A stretch of DNA of 64,000 bases, taken from positions 96,001 through 160,000 of the forward strand of contig JBHLMG010000002.1 of the NCBI GenBank assembly GCA_048938385.1, written 5' to 3'. Positions 19,839 through 29,931 of this stretch are shown here, in pieces. Position 1 is the first letter of the stretch; every line of letters begins with the position of its first letter. A model generated the notes under the pieces. The model searched no databases. It worked only from the letters and a program-made list of their open reading frames with translations, and had not been told where the DNA came from. This DNA is from Promethearchaeota archaeon. Its GTDB lineage: Archaea > Asgardarchaeota > Hermodarchaeia > Hermodarchaeales > Hermodarchaeaceae. The translations under genes were made by a program, and so were the position numbers.

Positions 19839-20225
19839 TTATTGAGGCTCTAAGGCTTTTTGGAGCTTATCTTCGTATTGTTCATAATGGGACAATAATT
19901 GTTTTCCAAAATCTGTCAAAGCCGTACCCCCTGGACCTTTTCGGTGACCGCGCCGTTTCTCGACAACAGGTATGCCTAGGCGTTTTTCCACTTTCTTAAG
20001 ATACCCCCAAGCAAAACGATATGAAGGTGCAGGCATTTCACCTAAAGCATCCTGAGGAAGTGCTTTGACTGCCTGGCTAATAGAACCGTGTTCTTCAATC
20101 CCGCGTAGCAACAAAGCCCCACCCCGACCTAATATCATCTCTCCATCTAATTCAAGCCACAATTTTAATCGGGGTATTAAAGCCTGGATTATTTTTTGCT
20201 CTTTACCTGACATCATTAACAACAC
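19839..20225 (-). CDS. ModE-family winged-helix regulator
   Basis: LGRGGALLLRGIEEHGSISQA...SYRFAWGYL...GGTALT. Confidence 0.88.
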   Translation of the reverse strand: MLLMMSGKEQKIIQALIPRLKLWLELDGEMILGRGGALLLRGIEEHGSISQAVKALPQDALGEMPAPSYRFAWGYLKKVEKRLGIPVVEKRRGHRKGPGGTALTDFGKQLLSHYEQYEDKLQKALEPQ

Positions 20226-20335
20226 TCCTCTCCTTCTTTAGGAGTAGGCTCGGCTTCAAATAACTACTGGAAATGCTTCATTAATCACCATCCCGAAGCT
20301 CTTAACTAAGAGCATAGCAGATAGCATGTGAATGT

Positions 20336-21103
20336 GTGGAGGACTCCTGTATGGCTTCATCCTCTCTACCACGAATAGTAGTTAAAAGTCTTGAAGCTAT
20401 ACTAGGCGAACTCTTCATCGTTACAAACCTAAGACGCCTTCCAAGTCGTCGCAATGAAGTTTATAAAATTGAGGGCGTAATTGCACCAGACCCTTCTCTG
20501 TTGCGGCTTGTTGCCAAATTATACCACGCACCAGGAATTGCCCAAGAATCATCAATTCTTCGACAAGCAATTCAACAACAAATCCCAGTTCCTCGTGTTC
20601 TAGGAACCACAACAGAAGTTCTTCTCCTCGAATATATTGATGGTCCAAATCTTTGTGACCTCATCACCGTTTATCCTGCACCTCACTATGCCCATTTACT
20701 GGCAGCATGGTTTGCCCAGTTTCATTCTGCGTTTACTCGTAATAGTGATCAAGTCCTATTGAAGGGTGATGCTCGTATTCGGAATTTCCTAGTGAGCTTT
20801 GATCGCGTGGTAGGGGTGGATTTTGAGGAAAGTCAAACTGGATCGTACATTCACGATTTAGCAGTGGTTTGTGGATCAATACTAGATACAACCCCCTTAT
20901 TTACCACCGAAAAATGGCATCTTTGCCAAAAATTCTTACAATGGTATTCCGTTCTCAGACCTGTAACTACTCTAGCTCAGCTTACATCTGAGACTACGCG
21001 AGTCCTTATTAAAGTCCTACACGAGACGGCTACCCGACGAGGACATCCCAGTGATTTCTTGAAGTTAATCAGTCAGTTAGAAAATGGTGATTATACACTT
21101 TAA
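20336..21103 (+). CDS. APH/protein-kinase-like phosphotransferase
   Basis: VAKLY, LEYIDG, KGDARIRNF catalytic loop, VDFEES. Confidence 0.8.
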   Translation: MEDSCMASSSLPRIVVKSLEAILGELFIVTNLRRLPSRRNEVYKIEGVIAPDPSLLRLVAKLYHAPGIAQESSILRQAIQQQIPVPRVLGTTTEVLLLEYIDGPNLCDLITVYPAPHYAHLLAAWFAQFHSAFTRNSDQVLLKGDARIRNFLVSFDRVVGVDFEESQTGSYIHDLAVVCGSILDTTPLFTTEKWHLCQKFLQWYSVLRPVTTLAQLTSETTRVLIKVLHETATRRGHPSDFLKLISQLENGDYTL

Positions 21104-21286
21104 TTAGCAGAGGAATTTTTAGGCGATTTATTACATGATCAAGGGTGGTAAATTAAGGATCGCACACCTCTTTGAAACTTGGATGTTGTATCTTCTCTTC
21201 GAGGGCTCCAGGCGGAACCTTTATGGTTAATGGTTTGTGCAGTGAACCTACTATTCGATGCTCTGTGGGTTAGGAGGTCATCATCT

Positions 21287-22318
21287 GTGGGTGTAAAACT
21301 TGCACCTCTTGTCACTCCAAAAATCTTGACATTGGAAGAACTGCGTGGCCGAACTTTTGCTGTAGATGCAGCTAATCAGCTGCACCAGTTCCTGGCGCTT
21401 ATACGCACTCCAGACGGGGTTCCCCTGAAAGACCGAAAGGGTCGTGTGACATCACATCTCGTTGGATTATTGTATCGAACCACCCGTTTAATCACCGAAT
21501 ACGATCTGAAGTTAATTTTTGTTTTCGATGGAAAACCACCAGATTTGAAAACTGATGAAATACAGAAACGCAGAGCAATTCGAAAACAAGCAGAACATGA
21601 TTATGAAAAAGCAATCGCTAAAGGCGACATGAAAACAGCATGGTCAAAGGCAGTGGCTACAGGACGCCTCACCCCGATCATGGCCAAAGAAGCTCAACAA
21701 GTTCTAACCTATTTGGGTATCCCTTTTGTGCAAGCTCCAGGTGAAGGTGAGGCGCAGGCTGCTTATATGGTTCAGCGTGGTGATGCTTGGGCTACGGCAA
21801 GTCGTGATTTCGATGCGCTCCTTTTTGGTTCACCCCGCTTACTTCGATACCTAACCATCACAGGGCGTAAACGGTTACCCAGTAAAGGCACATCAGTTCC
21901 ATTAGAACCCGAACTAATTGAGCTTAACCAAATCCTTCGCACATACAAAATTACTCGTGATCAGCTTGTGGATATGGCTTTACTAATAGGCACCGATTTT
22001 CATCCTGGTGTGCCACAAATAGGTCCCAAAACTGCCTTGAAATTAATAACTGAAAACAACAGCTTAGATAACCTTCCCAGCAAAATCTTAGAGAAACTTC
22101 CTCCCAACTATCATCAACTCCGCCGCATCTTTTTAGATCATCCAATATCTGATGATTACGATCTCACTGCTCCTTCTATTGATAAAGAGGGATTAATTCA
22201 GTTTCTTTGTCAGGAACGAGGTTTTTCAGAAGTCAGAGTAGCCAAACGGGTTGACCTTTTACTGAAGGCTCGAGAACAACAGCGTCAAAAAAGTCTTGAT
22301 GCTTGGACAGGAAGCTAA
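21287..22318 (+). CDS. fen: flap endonuclease 1 (GTG start at 21287 after GGAGG)
   Basis: MGVKL N-terminus, QFLALIR..DG.PL, FVFDGKPP, EGEAQAAY, GTDF, PIP box QKSLDAW. Confidence 0.97.
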   Translation: MGVKLAPLVTPKILTLEELRGRTFAVDAANQLHQFLALIRTPDGVPLKDRKGRVTSHLVGLLYRTTRLITEYDLKLIFVFDGKPPDLKTDEIQKRRAIRKQAEHDYEKAIAKGDMKTAWSKAVATGRLTPIMAKEAQQVLTYLGIPFVQAPGEGEAQAAYMVQRGDAWATASRDFDALLFGSPRLLRYLTITGRKRLPSKGTSVPLEPELIELNQILRTYKITRDQLVDMALLIGTDFHPGVPQIGPKTALKLITENNSLDNLPSKILEKLPPNYHQLRRIFLDHPISDDYDLTAPSIDKEGLIQFLCQERGFSEVRVAKRVDLLLKAREQQRQKSLDAWTGS

Positions 22319-22324
22319 CTAACT

Positions 22325-23962
22325 TTATCGCAGAATGATGTTTGCCCAAAACTGAGCGATTTGCTCTCGGGTTTCATAAGAGAGAAGACGGTAGTTGGCT
22401 AGCTGACGTGTTCCGCGTTGAATGTGTTCAGAGCTAAAGGGTCTTGTTAACCAATTTTGCTCTTGGGCTTGTTCATCCAACATATTACGGAATAATGAGT
22501 TTGATCTAATTTCAGTTCGTAGTAGTTGGATTAGTTGATCTCCAAAGATTTCGTCAAATAACTGGACATGATAAGCGGATTGTGACCCTTCTAGAAGACG
22601 AAGTGGAGGAATAACACCATACCGTCCTTCACCATTACCTACTTTGATGACAAAAACCGGAACAACCAAGCGCATCAGGGGTAGATATCCTTGGAGGGTT
22701 TCCGCAGGAGCACTGATCGATTCAAATTGATGGTGTTCTTGGTCGATTTGATTGCGTAATTTTTCCAAGGATTCTTTCAACTCGCCATGAAGTTGGATTG
22801 TGGCTTCACGAACCATGTCGAGTTCAGATAACTGGGCATCCAGAGAATCTTCTGGAGTTGAACTAGAATATACTAAAGTGCCGGGTGGAAAAGGAGCCGC
22901 AGGTTCAGTCAAAGGTTCTTCTTGACTCCACTCGAATCTTTGTTCTGCCTCTTTGAGTTGTTCCATTTTATCATCAATTTCAGTTATGGCTTGTTTAATT
23001 GCGGCTTGAAAAAGAGTTGCAGTATTGTCTAGTTCCATTAATCGCGCTTTGACATTTGCGAGATGCCATTCCGCGTTGGTGGGTTTCGCTTGAATCTGAC
23101 TTATCAATCGACGACATTGATCTGTAGAAAGCCCCAATGTGGACTCGAGTTTTGTGATGAGATCCGCAAGATCTTGGGATATTCGCTCCTTTTCTTGGCC
23201 CAATTTTTGAGCTGGTTCATCTACAAAAAATGACGGAGCAGGCTCGCTTTCTATAGGTGTCGTTTCCCAGCGAAGAGATGCTCCAGGAGCCATTCGATCT
23301 CGTTTTGCATCAACAAGATGTAATTGTTCTTCAACAAATTCATCTATAAGATTCTCAACTTGTCCGAGCTGTGCCAGGTTGCTGTCAAAACGAGCTCGTT
23401 CATTCCTGAATAATATGCCTACATCGTGAATTTCCTTGGTTGATAGACGGGACTGAAGACAGAGTTCTTCCCTAGGGGGAGGGATAGATGGTTCAACGAG
23501 TAATTGCAAGGTATCAATCATTGTTGGCAACATAGCGTTTCGAATCACGAGGCGTTCGCTTTGAGGTTGTTCAAAAAGCTGGATGATTTCTCCAAGAAAT
23601 CGGGGCACCTGTTCTGGTTGTTCAATTCCACGGAGTTGTTCACGTAGATGGACTAAAGAGGGAATCGATGAATGTCGGACTGAAATCGCAGGTTCTCCTA
23701 CACCACTGATAATCAAGCTTCGTCCTGGCAAGGCATGGACAAGGTAGAAGGGAACATAAAGACGAGCTAAATACACCAAAGGAATTGAACTGCTCTTCAC
23801 TTGGGTCCGAAAATACATCACGGCTGATACCAAGTCAGCTTCCTCTGTAGATGTGAAGCCATTTCTCATTGCTTCGGGAGGGCCTTTAATGAAGGTTGCG
23901 ACCTTGGTTATCGCCACTTTATAACCCCTAGGGAGATTAGCTACCCAATTGATGAAAACCAA
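22325..23962 (-). CDS. hypothetical coiled-coil protein (start possibly 23869)
   Basis: Long heptad-rich central region flanked by LYVPFYLV and LVVPVFVI segments. Confidence 0.75.
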   Translation of the reverse strand: MVFINWVANLPRGYKVAITKVATFIKGPPEAMRNGFTSTEEADLVSAVMYFRTQVKSSSIPLVYLARLYVPFYLVHALPGRSLIISGVGEPAISVRHSSIPSLVHLREQLRGIEQPEQVPRFLGEIIQLFEQPQSERLVIRNAMLPTMIDTLQLLVEPSIPPPREELCLQSRLSTKEIHDVGILFRNERARFDSNLAQLGQVENLIDEFVEEQLHLVDAKRDRMAPGASLRWETTPIESEPAPSFFVDEPAQKLGQEKERISQDLADLITKLESTLGLSTDQCRRLISQIQAKPTNAEWHLANVKARLMELDNTATLFQAAIKQAITEIDDKMEQLKEAEQRFEWSQEEPLTEPAAPFPPGTLVYSSSTPEDSLDAQLSELDMVREATIQLHGELKESLEKLRNQIDQEHHQFESISAPAETLQGYLPLMRLVVPVFVIKVGNGEGRYGVIPPLRLLEGSQSAYHVQLFDEIFGDQLIQLLRTEIRSNSLFRNMLDEQAQEQNWLTRPFSSEHIQRGTRQLANYRLLSYETREQIAQFWANIILR

Positions 23963-24023
23963 TACTCGCGGAATGTATAATCTTTTTGGCTAAGAACTGG
24001 TACAAAGTAGGAATAATTGCACC

Positions 24024-25415
24024 GTGGATATGATTTCAATGCCAAGGCAAATCATTGTAATTGGCTGCGGAACCGCAGGAGCCGCAGCTACACTAATGGC
24101 TCGCAAAACCGACCGAAACGCTACTATCACCATCATCCAAGGCGAATCACTTCCTGAATACAGTCGTTGTGGACTACCTTATACTGTGAACAAGAAAATT
24201 CCCAACATGGAAGATGTGATTATCCATCCTAATACCTTCTACACAGGAAATTTAGTGAGGGCAAATTTACTACTTGATACTTTAGCCCTTAGCCTTGATA
24301 TCAAGAAGAAACGAGTCGAAATAAAAACTCCTGATGAGGGTTCGGATCACCTTGCATACGATGCTCTTGTCCTAGCAACGGGGGCGGAACCTAGCACACC
24401 ACCTATTAATGGATTGGATGCTCCGCATGTCCATCGTTTGCATACCTTCAATGATGCAAAAAAGCTTCAGGCAGTAGCTAAAACAGGGAAAAAGGCAGTC
24501 ATCATTGGCGCTGGTCTCGTTGGATTAGAAACTGCTGAAGCGCTTCACAGCTTAGGTCTCAAGATCACTGTCGTTGAGTTTCTTAACCAAGTGTTACCGG
24601 CAATGCTTGATGAAGAAATTGCCACATTGGTTCAAGAACGCATGGAGGATGAAGGAATAGTTCTCAAATTGGGAACGGCAGCTAAAACGGTTACTGACAC
24701 TGAAGTTGTCATGGCTGATAGGGAAACCCAAACTGAATTTCAAGTTAAGGCTGACATTGTTGTCGTAGCCACAGGTGTCCGGGCTAATACCACACTAGCT
24801 CAAGGGGCTGGTGTTAAACTTGGTGAGCGTAAAGGCATCCTCGTTAACGATCAGATGCTAACCAGTGTTCCAGATGTTTACGCCGCGGGGGATTGCGCAG
24901 AGCACTTGGACTTGGTCACTGGGCAGACAGTGGTTTCGGGACTTGGTAGCGTTGCACTCCGGCAAGGAGAAGTCGCAGGAACGAATGCTGCTGGTGGGAA
25001 GGCAAAATTAGACGGAGTGGTTCTCGCTCGGACAACTCATCTTTTTGGTTTAGAGGTTGCAGGAGTGGGACCTACACGCGTTGCTGCAGAGCTGGCTAAT
25101 CTACCTATTTTAGCTGGTAAATTTAAGGGTAGTAGAACAGCGGAGTATTATCCAAGTGATGAGGAAGTGACCATTAAACTCCTTGCCAATAAGGATTCAG
25201 GTCGGCTCATAGGGGGGCAAGCTATTGGTCCTTGTGCCCACCAAAGGGCGAATATTCTCAGTGCAGCCTTAGCGGCTAAAATGACTATTCAACAAGTGGC
25301 GGATCTAGAAACTTGCTATGCGCCACCTGTCGCACCTATTCGCGAACCTTTGACTATGGCTGCTCAGATCCTTGCTTTGCGATATGAACGAATGCAACAA
25401 AAGCAGCAGAAATAA
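24024..25415 (+). CDS. FAD-dependent NADH oxidase / CoA-disulfide reductase family protein
   Basis: IGCGTAG, YSRCGLPY redox Cys, LATGA, IGAGLVGLE, YAAGDC, YAPP. Confidence 0.92.
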   Translation: MDMISMPRQIIVIGCGTAGAAATLMARKTDRNATITIIQGESLPEYSRCGLPYTVNKKIPNMEDVIIHPNTFYTGNLVRANLLLDTLALSLDIKKKRVEIKTPDEGSDHLAYDALVLATGAEPSTPPINGLDAPHVHRLHTFNDAKKLQAVAKTGKKAVIIGAGLVGLETAEALHSLGLKITVVEFLNQVLPAMLDEEIATLVQERMEDEGIVLKLGTAAKTVTDTEVVMADRETQTEFQVKADIVVVATGVRANTTLAQGAGVKLGERKGILVNDQMLTSVPDVYAAGDCAEHLDLVTGQTVVSGLGSVALRQGEVAGTNAAGGKAKLDGVVLARTTHLFGLEVAGVGPTRVAAELANLPILAGKFKGSRTAEYYPSDEEVTIKLLANKDSGRLIGGQAIGPCAHQRANILSAALAAKMTIQQVADLETCYAPPVAPIREPLTMAAQILALRYERMQQKQQK

Positions 25416-25471
25416 CTCACTGTTACTCAAACTCAGCTCACAGATGTAACTGGATATGTGGAAAAACGGTT

Positions 25472-25930
25472 CTAGGTACTTTCTTTAAGCTTCTGAATAG
25501 CCAATGTCACGCCTTGAATTATCGCCTCAGGTTTTGGTGGACAACCAGGAACATAAACATCGACGGGAATCGCCTTGTCAACTCCTCCAATAATCGTATG
25601 TGTTTCTTCAACATTCGAACCTTCTCCTTCAACAAAAATGCCACCTGTACATGCACAGGATCCCAAAGCAATGACGGTCTTGGGAGCTAGCATTTGATCA
25701 TAAATCCGTTTGATGAACACTTTCGAATGCTTTGAAACACACCCATTTGTAACTAAAATATCAGCGTGCCGTGGGTTTTGCTTCCATAGTACTCCAAATC
25801 GCTCAACATCAAATCGCGGAGTTAACACATCCAACACTTCAATGTCGCAATTATTGCAGCCCCCCGCGTGAAGCACTGCTATCCAAGGAGATTTGCCACG
25901 AGCCCAACTCAGAATACCCAACACTTCCAC
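25472..25930 (-). CDS. group 4 [NiFe]-hydrogenase small subunit (NuoB/HycG/EchC-like)
   Basis: GGCNNCDIE, NPRHADIL, GSCACTGG, YVPGCPPKPE. Confidence 0.93.
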   Translation of the reverse strand: MEVLGILSWARGKSPWIAVLHAGGCNNCDIEVLDVLTPRFDVERFGVLWKQNPRHADILVTNGCVSKHSKVFIKRIYDQMLAPKTVIALGSCACTGGIFVEGEGSNVEETHTIIGGVDKAIPVDVYVPGCPPKPEAIIQGVTLAIQKLKEST

Positions 25931-25932
25931 CT

Positions 25933-26508
25933 CTAATACTGCAACTCCCTTAGATCCTTTGTGCTCAAGGATCCCTTCAATGAAAAAATCCTTTGAGCGA
26001 AAAGTAGTAACACGAGAATCAAGCCCCCTGAAAACACCAACAATAATCCCTCAATCAAAATATCAAATGCCGGTACCAGTAAATGCACGGAATAAGTGAG
26101 AATCGAAACACTAACGGTGGTCTTTCTTAAATCCGTCTTACTTAACAATCCGTATAGTCCGATGAGGATAACTGGCCACTGAATGCTTGTCACTCCCAGT
26201 ATGAAAAATGAGATGACAAAAGCGATTATGACCAAAGTAATCAATAGTACCATTGAAGGCACCCGAGTAAGTAACGACGGCTCCTCGATTATTTTGGTAC
26301 GTATTGTCGTAAAATACAGACTTACTGGCATAAACCCAATGAAAAAGATTGTAAAAGGGACTATGTCCAGCACAATTCCCTCGAGGAGTGATTCAGTAGT
26401 GAGAATTGTTCCCAGAATTGCTAAAAGCACAGGGACGGCACGAAAATCCCATATTTCAATGATTGCCATCACTAAGATGATAATAATCACACCTATGACT
26501 GGATTCAC
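25933..26508 (-). CDS. membrane subunit of the hydrogenase complex (possibly HyfE-like); start reassigned to GTG 26508
   Basis: Multi-TM; GGAGGA-GTG start overlaps the upstream TGA; lies inside the operon. Confidence 0.7.
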   Translation of the reverse strand: MNPVIGVIIIILVMAIIEIWDFRAVPVLLAILGTILTTESLLEGIVLDIVPFTIFFIGFMPVSLYFTTIRTKIIEEPSLLTRVPSMVLLITLVIIAFVISFFILGVTSIQWPVILIGLYGLLSKTDLRKTTVSVSILTYSVHLLVPAFDILIEGLLLVFSGGLILVLLLFAQRIFSLKGSLSTKDLRELQY

Positions 26509-27071
26509 TCCTCCCACCTCCGTGAATAATACTTCTGCGGATGCGTATTTAGTTGGTAAGACGATTTTCTCCGACACTCGCTACACAGATTCAAATATTT
26601 TGATAAATCTTCTATCACTTCTGTAGTTAAACGGGCATCTATATTTTCTATGATCCGGGTTCGAATTTTTTCGAGATGTTGAGGGGTGGATACCGGTGTT
26701 CCGCATTTCTCGCAAGGTACTAAGTCAAAGTTGATTGTGACAGTAGCCTGATCCTTGTCATTAATGGCTATCTCAAACTGCTCGGAAAGAGTGATTCCGT
26801 CCTCTGGACAAATATCCTCACAGCGCCCACAAAAAATGCATCTTGGATAGAAAATACTTAAGGTACGGGTATGGTCATCATCCTTCAGAGAGATGGCTTT
26901 GGCAGAGCAAGAAACGACACAAGCGCCACAACCAATACATTTCTCTTTATCGAACTGGGGAAGGCCTCTAAGTCCTGGTGGAAGGTGGCTAGGTGGACCA
27001 AAAGGGTATTTTGTAGTTGCGGGTTTAAATAGCGCTTTCAACGCTTCTTTGATCGCTGTTATTTTGACCAT
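26505..27071 (-). CDS. hydrogenase 2x[4Fe-4S] subunit (NuoI/HycF-like)
   Basis: TTKYPF...RG, CIGCGACVVSC, CIFCGRCEDICP, extra CEKCG/CSECRR as in HycF. Confidence 0.92.
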   Translation of the reverse strand: MVKITAIKEALKALFKPATTKYPFGPPSHLPPGLRGLPQFDKEKCIGCGACVVSCSAKAISLKDDDHTRTLSIFYPRCIFCGRCEDICPEDGITLSEQFEIAINDKDQATVTINFDLVPCEKCGTPVSTPQHLEKIRTRIIENIDARLTTEVIEDLSKYLNLCSECRRKSSYQLNTHPQKYYSRRWEE

Positions 27072-27072
27072 A

Positions 27073-28065
27073 TCAGAATCCCACCATGACACGTGTTAAG
27101 GAAATCAATGCTAAGGCAAGGGTTATTGTGAAAAACCACTTGAATACATGATTAATTCGGTACCTCGCGCTTTTTACATGAATTATCGTCATCAAAATAA
27201 CGACTAAGAGACATTTCACGAGGAAGACCAGAATATCAAATGGAAAGATTAGACCATCACCCCCACCTAAGTAGAGATCAACAAAGAGGGCGGAAAAAAC
27301 ATAGAATCGAAACATTCGAGCTAACTCGAAGATACCTAATAAGGGTCCACCATATTCCGTGAGTGGACCAGCAAAGATCTCTTGTTCTGCCTCAGGGATA
27401 TCTCCAAAAGGGCGCATCCACGATTTGGTAAGAAGACTGAGGAATAGAGTGATGGCGGCAAGAGGATAGCGAAAGACAAACCACTTTGGGAGAATCCAAA
27501 CGAATTGACCAACTTGTGCTATAATGACGGTTGTAATAGACAGTGATAATTCTGAACCAAAGCCGCTTATCGCTAATGAGGGAATGAGGAGTGAGATGGC
27601 TAAGGGAAGTTCTACGCTCAGAAGTATGGTGACCTCTCGACTACTCCCAATTTTTCCCCATGGTGATCCAGAAGCCCACCCCGCCAGGACAAATGCCACT
27701 GAAAACATGACGGAAAAGTACAAAATCACAATTAAATCCCATGAGACCGCACCAGGCCAATACGATACACCAGGTGGAACCATGAAACTTAACGCTAGAA
27801 TGGCGCTCAGGGCAATTAAGGGTGCGAGAATATAAACTGTTTTATGCGCTAGCTTTGGGAGGAAACGCTCTTTTCCTAACAACTTGACGATGTCGGCAAT
27901 GGGCTGGTACCAAGGAGGTCCCCTTCGAGCTTGAAGCCGTGCAGACACTTTTCGAAACACCCAGTACGCTAGCCAACTAAAGATAAAGGCTAGTCCAATA
28001 GCAGCGAAATACAATCCTAGAATTGGGGCGAAGGAGAATCCTAAAGACAGGATATCAAACATCAT
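27073..28065 (-). CDS. hydrogenase membrane subunit (NuoH/HycD/EchB-like)
   Basis: RKVSARLQARRGPPWYQPIADIVKLLGKE, PF.DIPEAEQE, GPLTEYGG. Confidence 0.93.
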   Translation of the reverse strand: MMFDILSLGFSFAPILGLYFAAIGLAFIFSWLAYWVFRKVSARLQARRGPPWYQPIADIVKLLGKERFLPKLAHKTVYILAPLIALSAILALSFMVPPGVSYWPGAVSWDLIVILYFSVMFSVAFVLAGWASGSPWGKIGSSREVTILLSVELPLAISLLIPSLAISGFGSELSLSITTVIIAQVGQFVWILPKWFVFRYPLAAITLFLSLLTKSWMRPFGDIPEAEQEIFAGPLTEYGGPLLGIFELARMFRFYVFSALFVDLYLGGGDGLIFPFDILVFLVKCLLVVILMTIIHVKSARYRINHVFKWFFTITLALALISLTRVMVGF

Positions 28066-29924
28066 ATCCACCCCACAGTTACCCCTATTAACAGCAGCAC
28101 TGCAAATATGACAAACCAGAGTAAATACATGTTAATTGATCCAGTGTGGGTTTTCCTCACAGCATTCAACATTGACCGAAATGGATAGGCAAAAACAGTG
28201 GATGGCGGGTTTACCTCTTCAATCTTGAAATAGGGCTCTGCGAGGGTTCCACCAGTGAAAGGCATTGCTTTATCACCGGTTTCAACCGGTGTAACGCCCC
28301 ACTGGAATCGATAGAGGATGTATCCAATAATGAATCCAATAAGCATCAATGTTGCAATTAAAAAGGGGTCCCATGCTCCACCAAAGAAGAATAAATTTGT
28401 GAAAAGATTCACAGGTGGCGGAATTCCTGTTGGAATGAGACTAAGGGTTGCAGGATAGACCAAAAAGAAGATGGCGAATTGGGGGATGATTCCAAAAAGA
28501 ATACATCCTGTAGCTAACACAACTGATGGAGCCAGCATACTCTTCGAAATCGAGCGTGCATCAACTATGGTTTGTGAGGATGTTCCAAGAAATACTGAGC
28601 ACAATAAACGAAGAAATACGGCAAAGGTTAGAGCTGAAGTGAATATTGCAATGAAGGCGAAGACAGGCTGCCCAGCTGCAATACAGGCATTGTACACCAT
28701 CCATTTGCTGATGAAGCCGTTCAATAACGGAACGCCCGCAACGGATAAGGATCCGATAAGCATCACATAGCCAGTCGTGGGCATAGTACGAAGTAATCCG
28801 CCTAATTTGTTCAAGTCCTTTGTTCCGGTTTCATGCTCAACCGTTCCAGCACTAAAGAAGAGCACTGATTTGAAGAGACTGTGGTTAATTAAATGGAAGA
28901 GTCCAGCTGCTATACCACCTGCTGCGATACCAAGCCATACACTATCTGCTGTGATATTGTAATAGCTCAAGGCAAGCCCTCCAATCCCAAACCCCAAGAT
29001 TACATATCCCATTTGGCTAACGCTATCGAAGGCGAGCAGGCGTTTCAAATCATTTTGTGCAAAGGCTATAATGACGCAGATGAGCATAGTTAATGCTCCC
29101 AGAATGCACACTAGAAGCCAAAAGTTGACATTCACAAACAGTGAATTAAATGTCAACAGGATAAGAAACGCAGGCATTCCAGCAACTTTTATCATCATGG
29201 CGTGTAGCAAAGTGCTAATCGATGCAGGTGCAACTGTTGAAGCATCGGGAAGCCATGTGTGGATTGGAAATGAAGGAAGCTTAACAAGAAATCCCATGAA
29301 TACCAGAAAGATCGCCAGCTTCCCCTCAAAACCCATTAGAACACCTGAAGCTAACAACAGCTCAATACCAAAGGCTGCTATTCCGGCTAATCCTCCTCCC
29401 GACGCTAGCTGGTAGCAAAGCGCTAACCCCCCAACGACAAAGAGAGATGCAAAAATTTGGATGATGAGGTATTTTGTAGCTCCTTCAAGGGATTTGGTTT
29501 TTCGATGGTGGGCAATGAGGAACGCAGACCAAATTGTTGAAGCTTCTGCGAGCACAAAAAGCCACAAAAGGTTCCAACTATAGGCCATACCGATGAGGCT
29601 ACCAATCGTCATTAGTGTGAAGAAACTATAGGTTCCTTCTCGCTCTTCGATGTACTTGAGGGAGTAAACAGTTACCAGAAACCCAATAAGGGCGGCAATC
29701 AATGCGATGAAATTAGTATAACCATTCACAGTGAAGTTAAATCCTAATATTGCAAACACACTTACTCCCACAAAGGGGCTGAATATGTTAGCAATGACCG
29801 CTGCTAACGCGTAACTCGTTGCGAGAATGGCAAACACATCATTTACTCTTCGAAAACGAGTCCCTAAGAGCGAGAGAACTGCAGCGAGGTAGAGGCTGAC
29901 TAGGATTAGAGCAGGATCAATCAT
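28062..29924 (-). CDS. antiporter-like ion-translocating subunit (NuoL/HycC/HyfB/EchA-like)
   Basis: KLPSFPIHTWLPDA, QNDLKRLLAFDSVSQMGY, HLINHSLFKS, GVPLLNGFISKW. Confidence 0.93.
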   Translation of the reverse strand: MIDPALILVSLYLAAVLSLLGTRFRRVNDVFAILATSYALAAVIANIFSPFVGVSVFAILGFNFTVNGYTNFIALIAALIGFLVTVYSLKYIEEREGTYSFFTLMTIGSLIGMAYSWNLLWLFVLAEASTIWSAFLIAHHRKTKSLEGATKYLIIQIFASLFVVGGLALCYQLASGGGLAGIAAFGIELLLASGVLMGFEGKLAIFLVFMGFLVKLPSFPIHTWLPDASTVAPASISTLLHAMMIKVAGMPAFLILLTFNSLFVNVNFWLLVCILGALTMLICVIIAFAQNDLKRLLAFDSVSQMGYVILGFGIGGLALSYYNITADSVWLGIAAGGIAAGLFHLINHSLFKSVLFFSAGTVEHETGTKDLNKLGGLLRTMPTTGYVMLIGSLSVAGVPLLNGFISKWMVYNACIAAGQPVFAFIAIFTSALTFAVFLRLLCSVFLGTSSQTIVDARSISKSMLAPSVVLATGCILFGIIPQFAIFFLVYPATLSLIPTGIPPPVNLFTNLFFFGGAWDPFLIATLMLIGFIIGYILYRFQWGVTPVETGDKAMPFTGGTLAEPYFKIEEVNPPSTVFAYPFRSMLNAVRKTHTGSINMYLLWFVIFAVLLLIGVTVGWI

Positions 29925-29931
29925 TGTTGCT

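Noticed and set aside
21179-21286. N-terminal extension of FEN1 (similarly Lrp 42142, dodecin 49328, Fe-S protein 49728, 7TM 57058, ORF 59175)
   Set aside because: Longest-ORF artefacts; family N-termini and SD motifs indicate downstream starts
26505-26577. 73-nt overlap between two hydrogenase genes
   Set aside because: Resolved by a GTG start at 26508 with a GGAGGA SD and the usual 4-nt overlap
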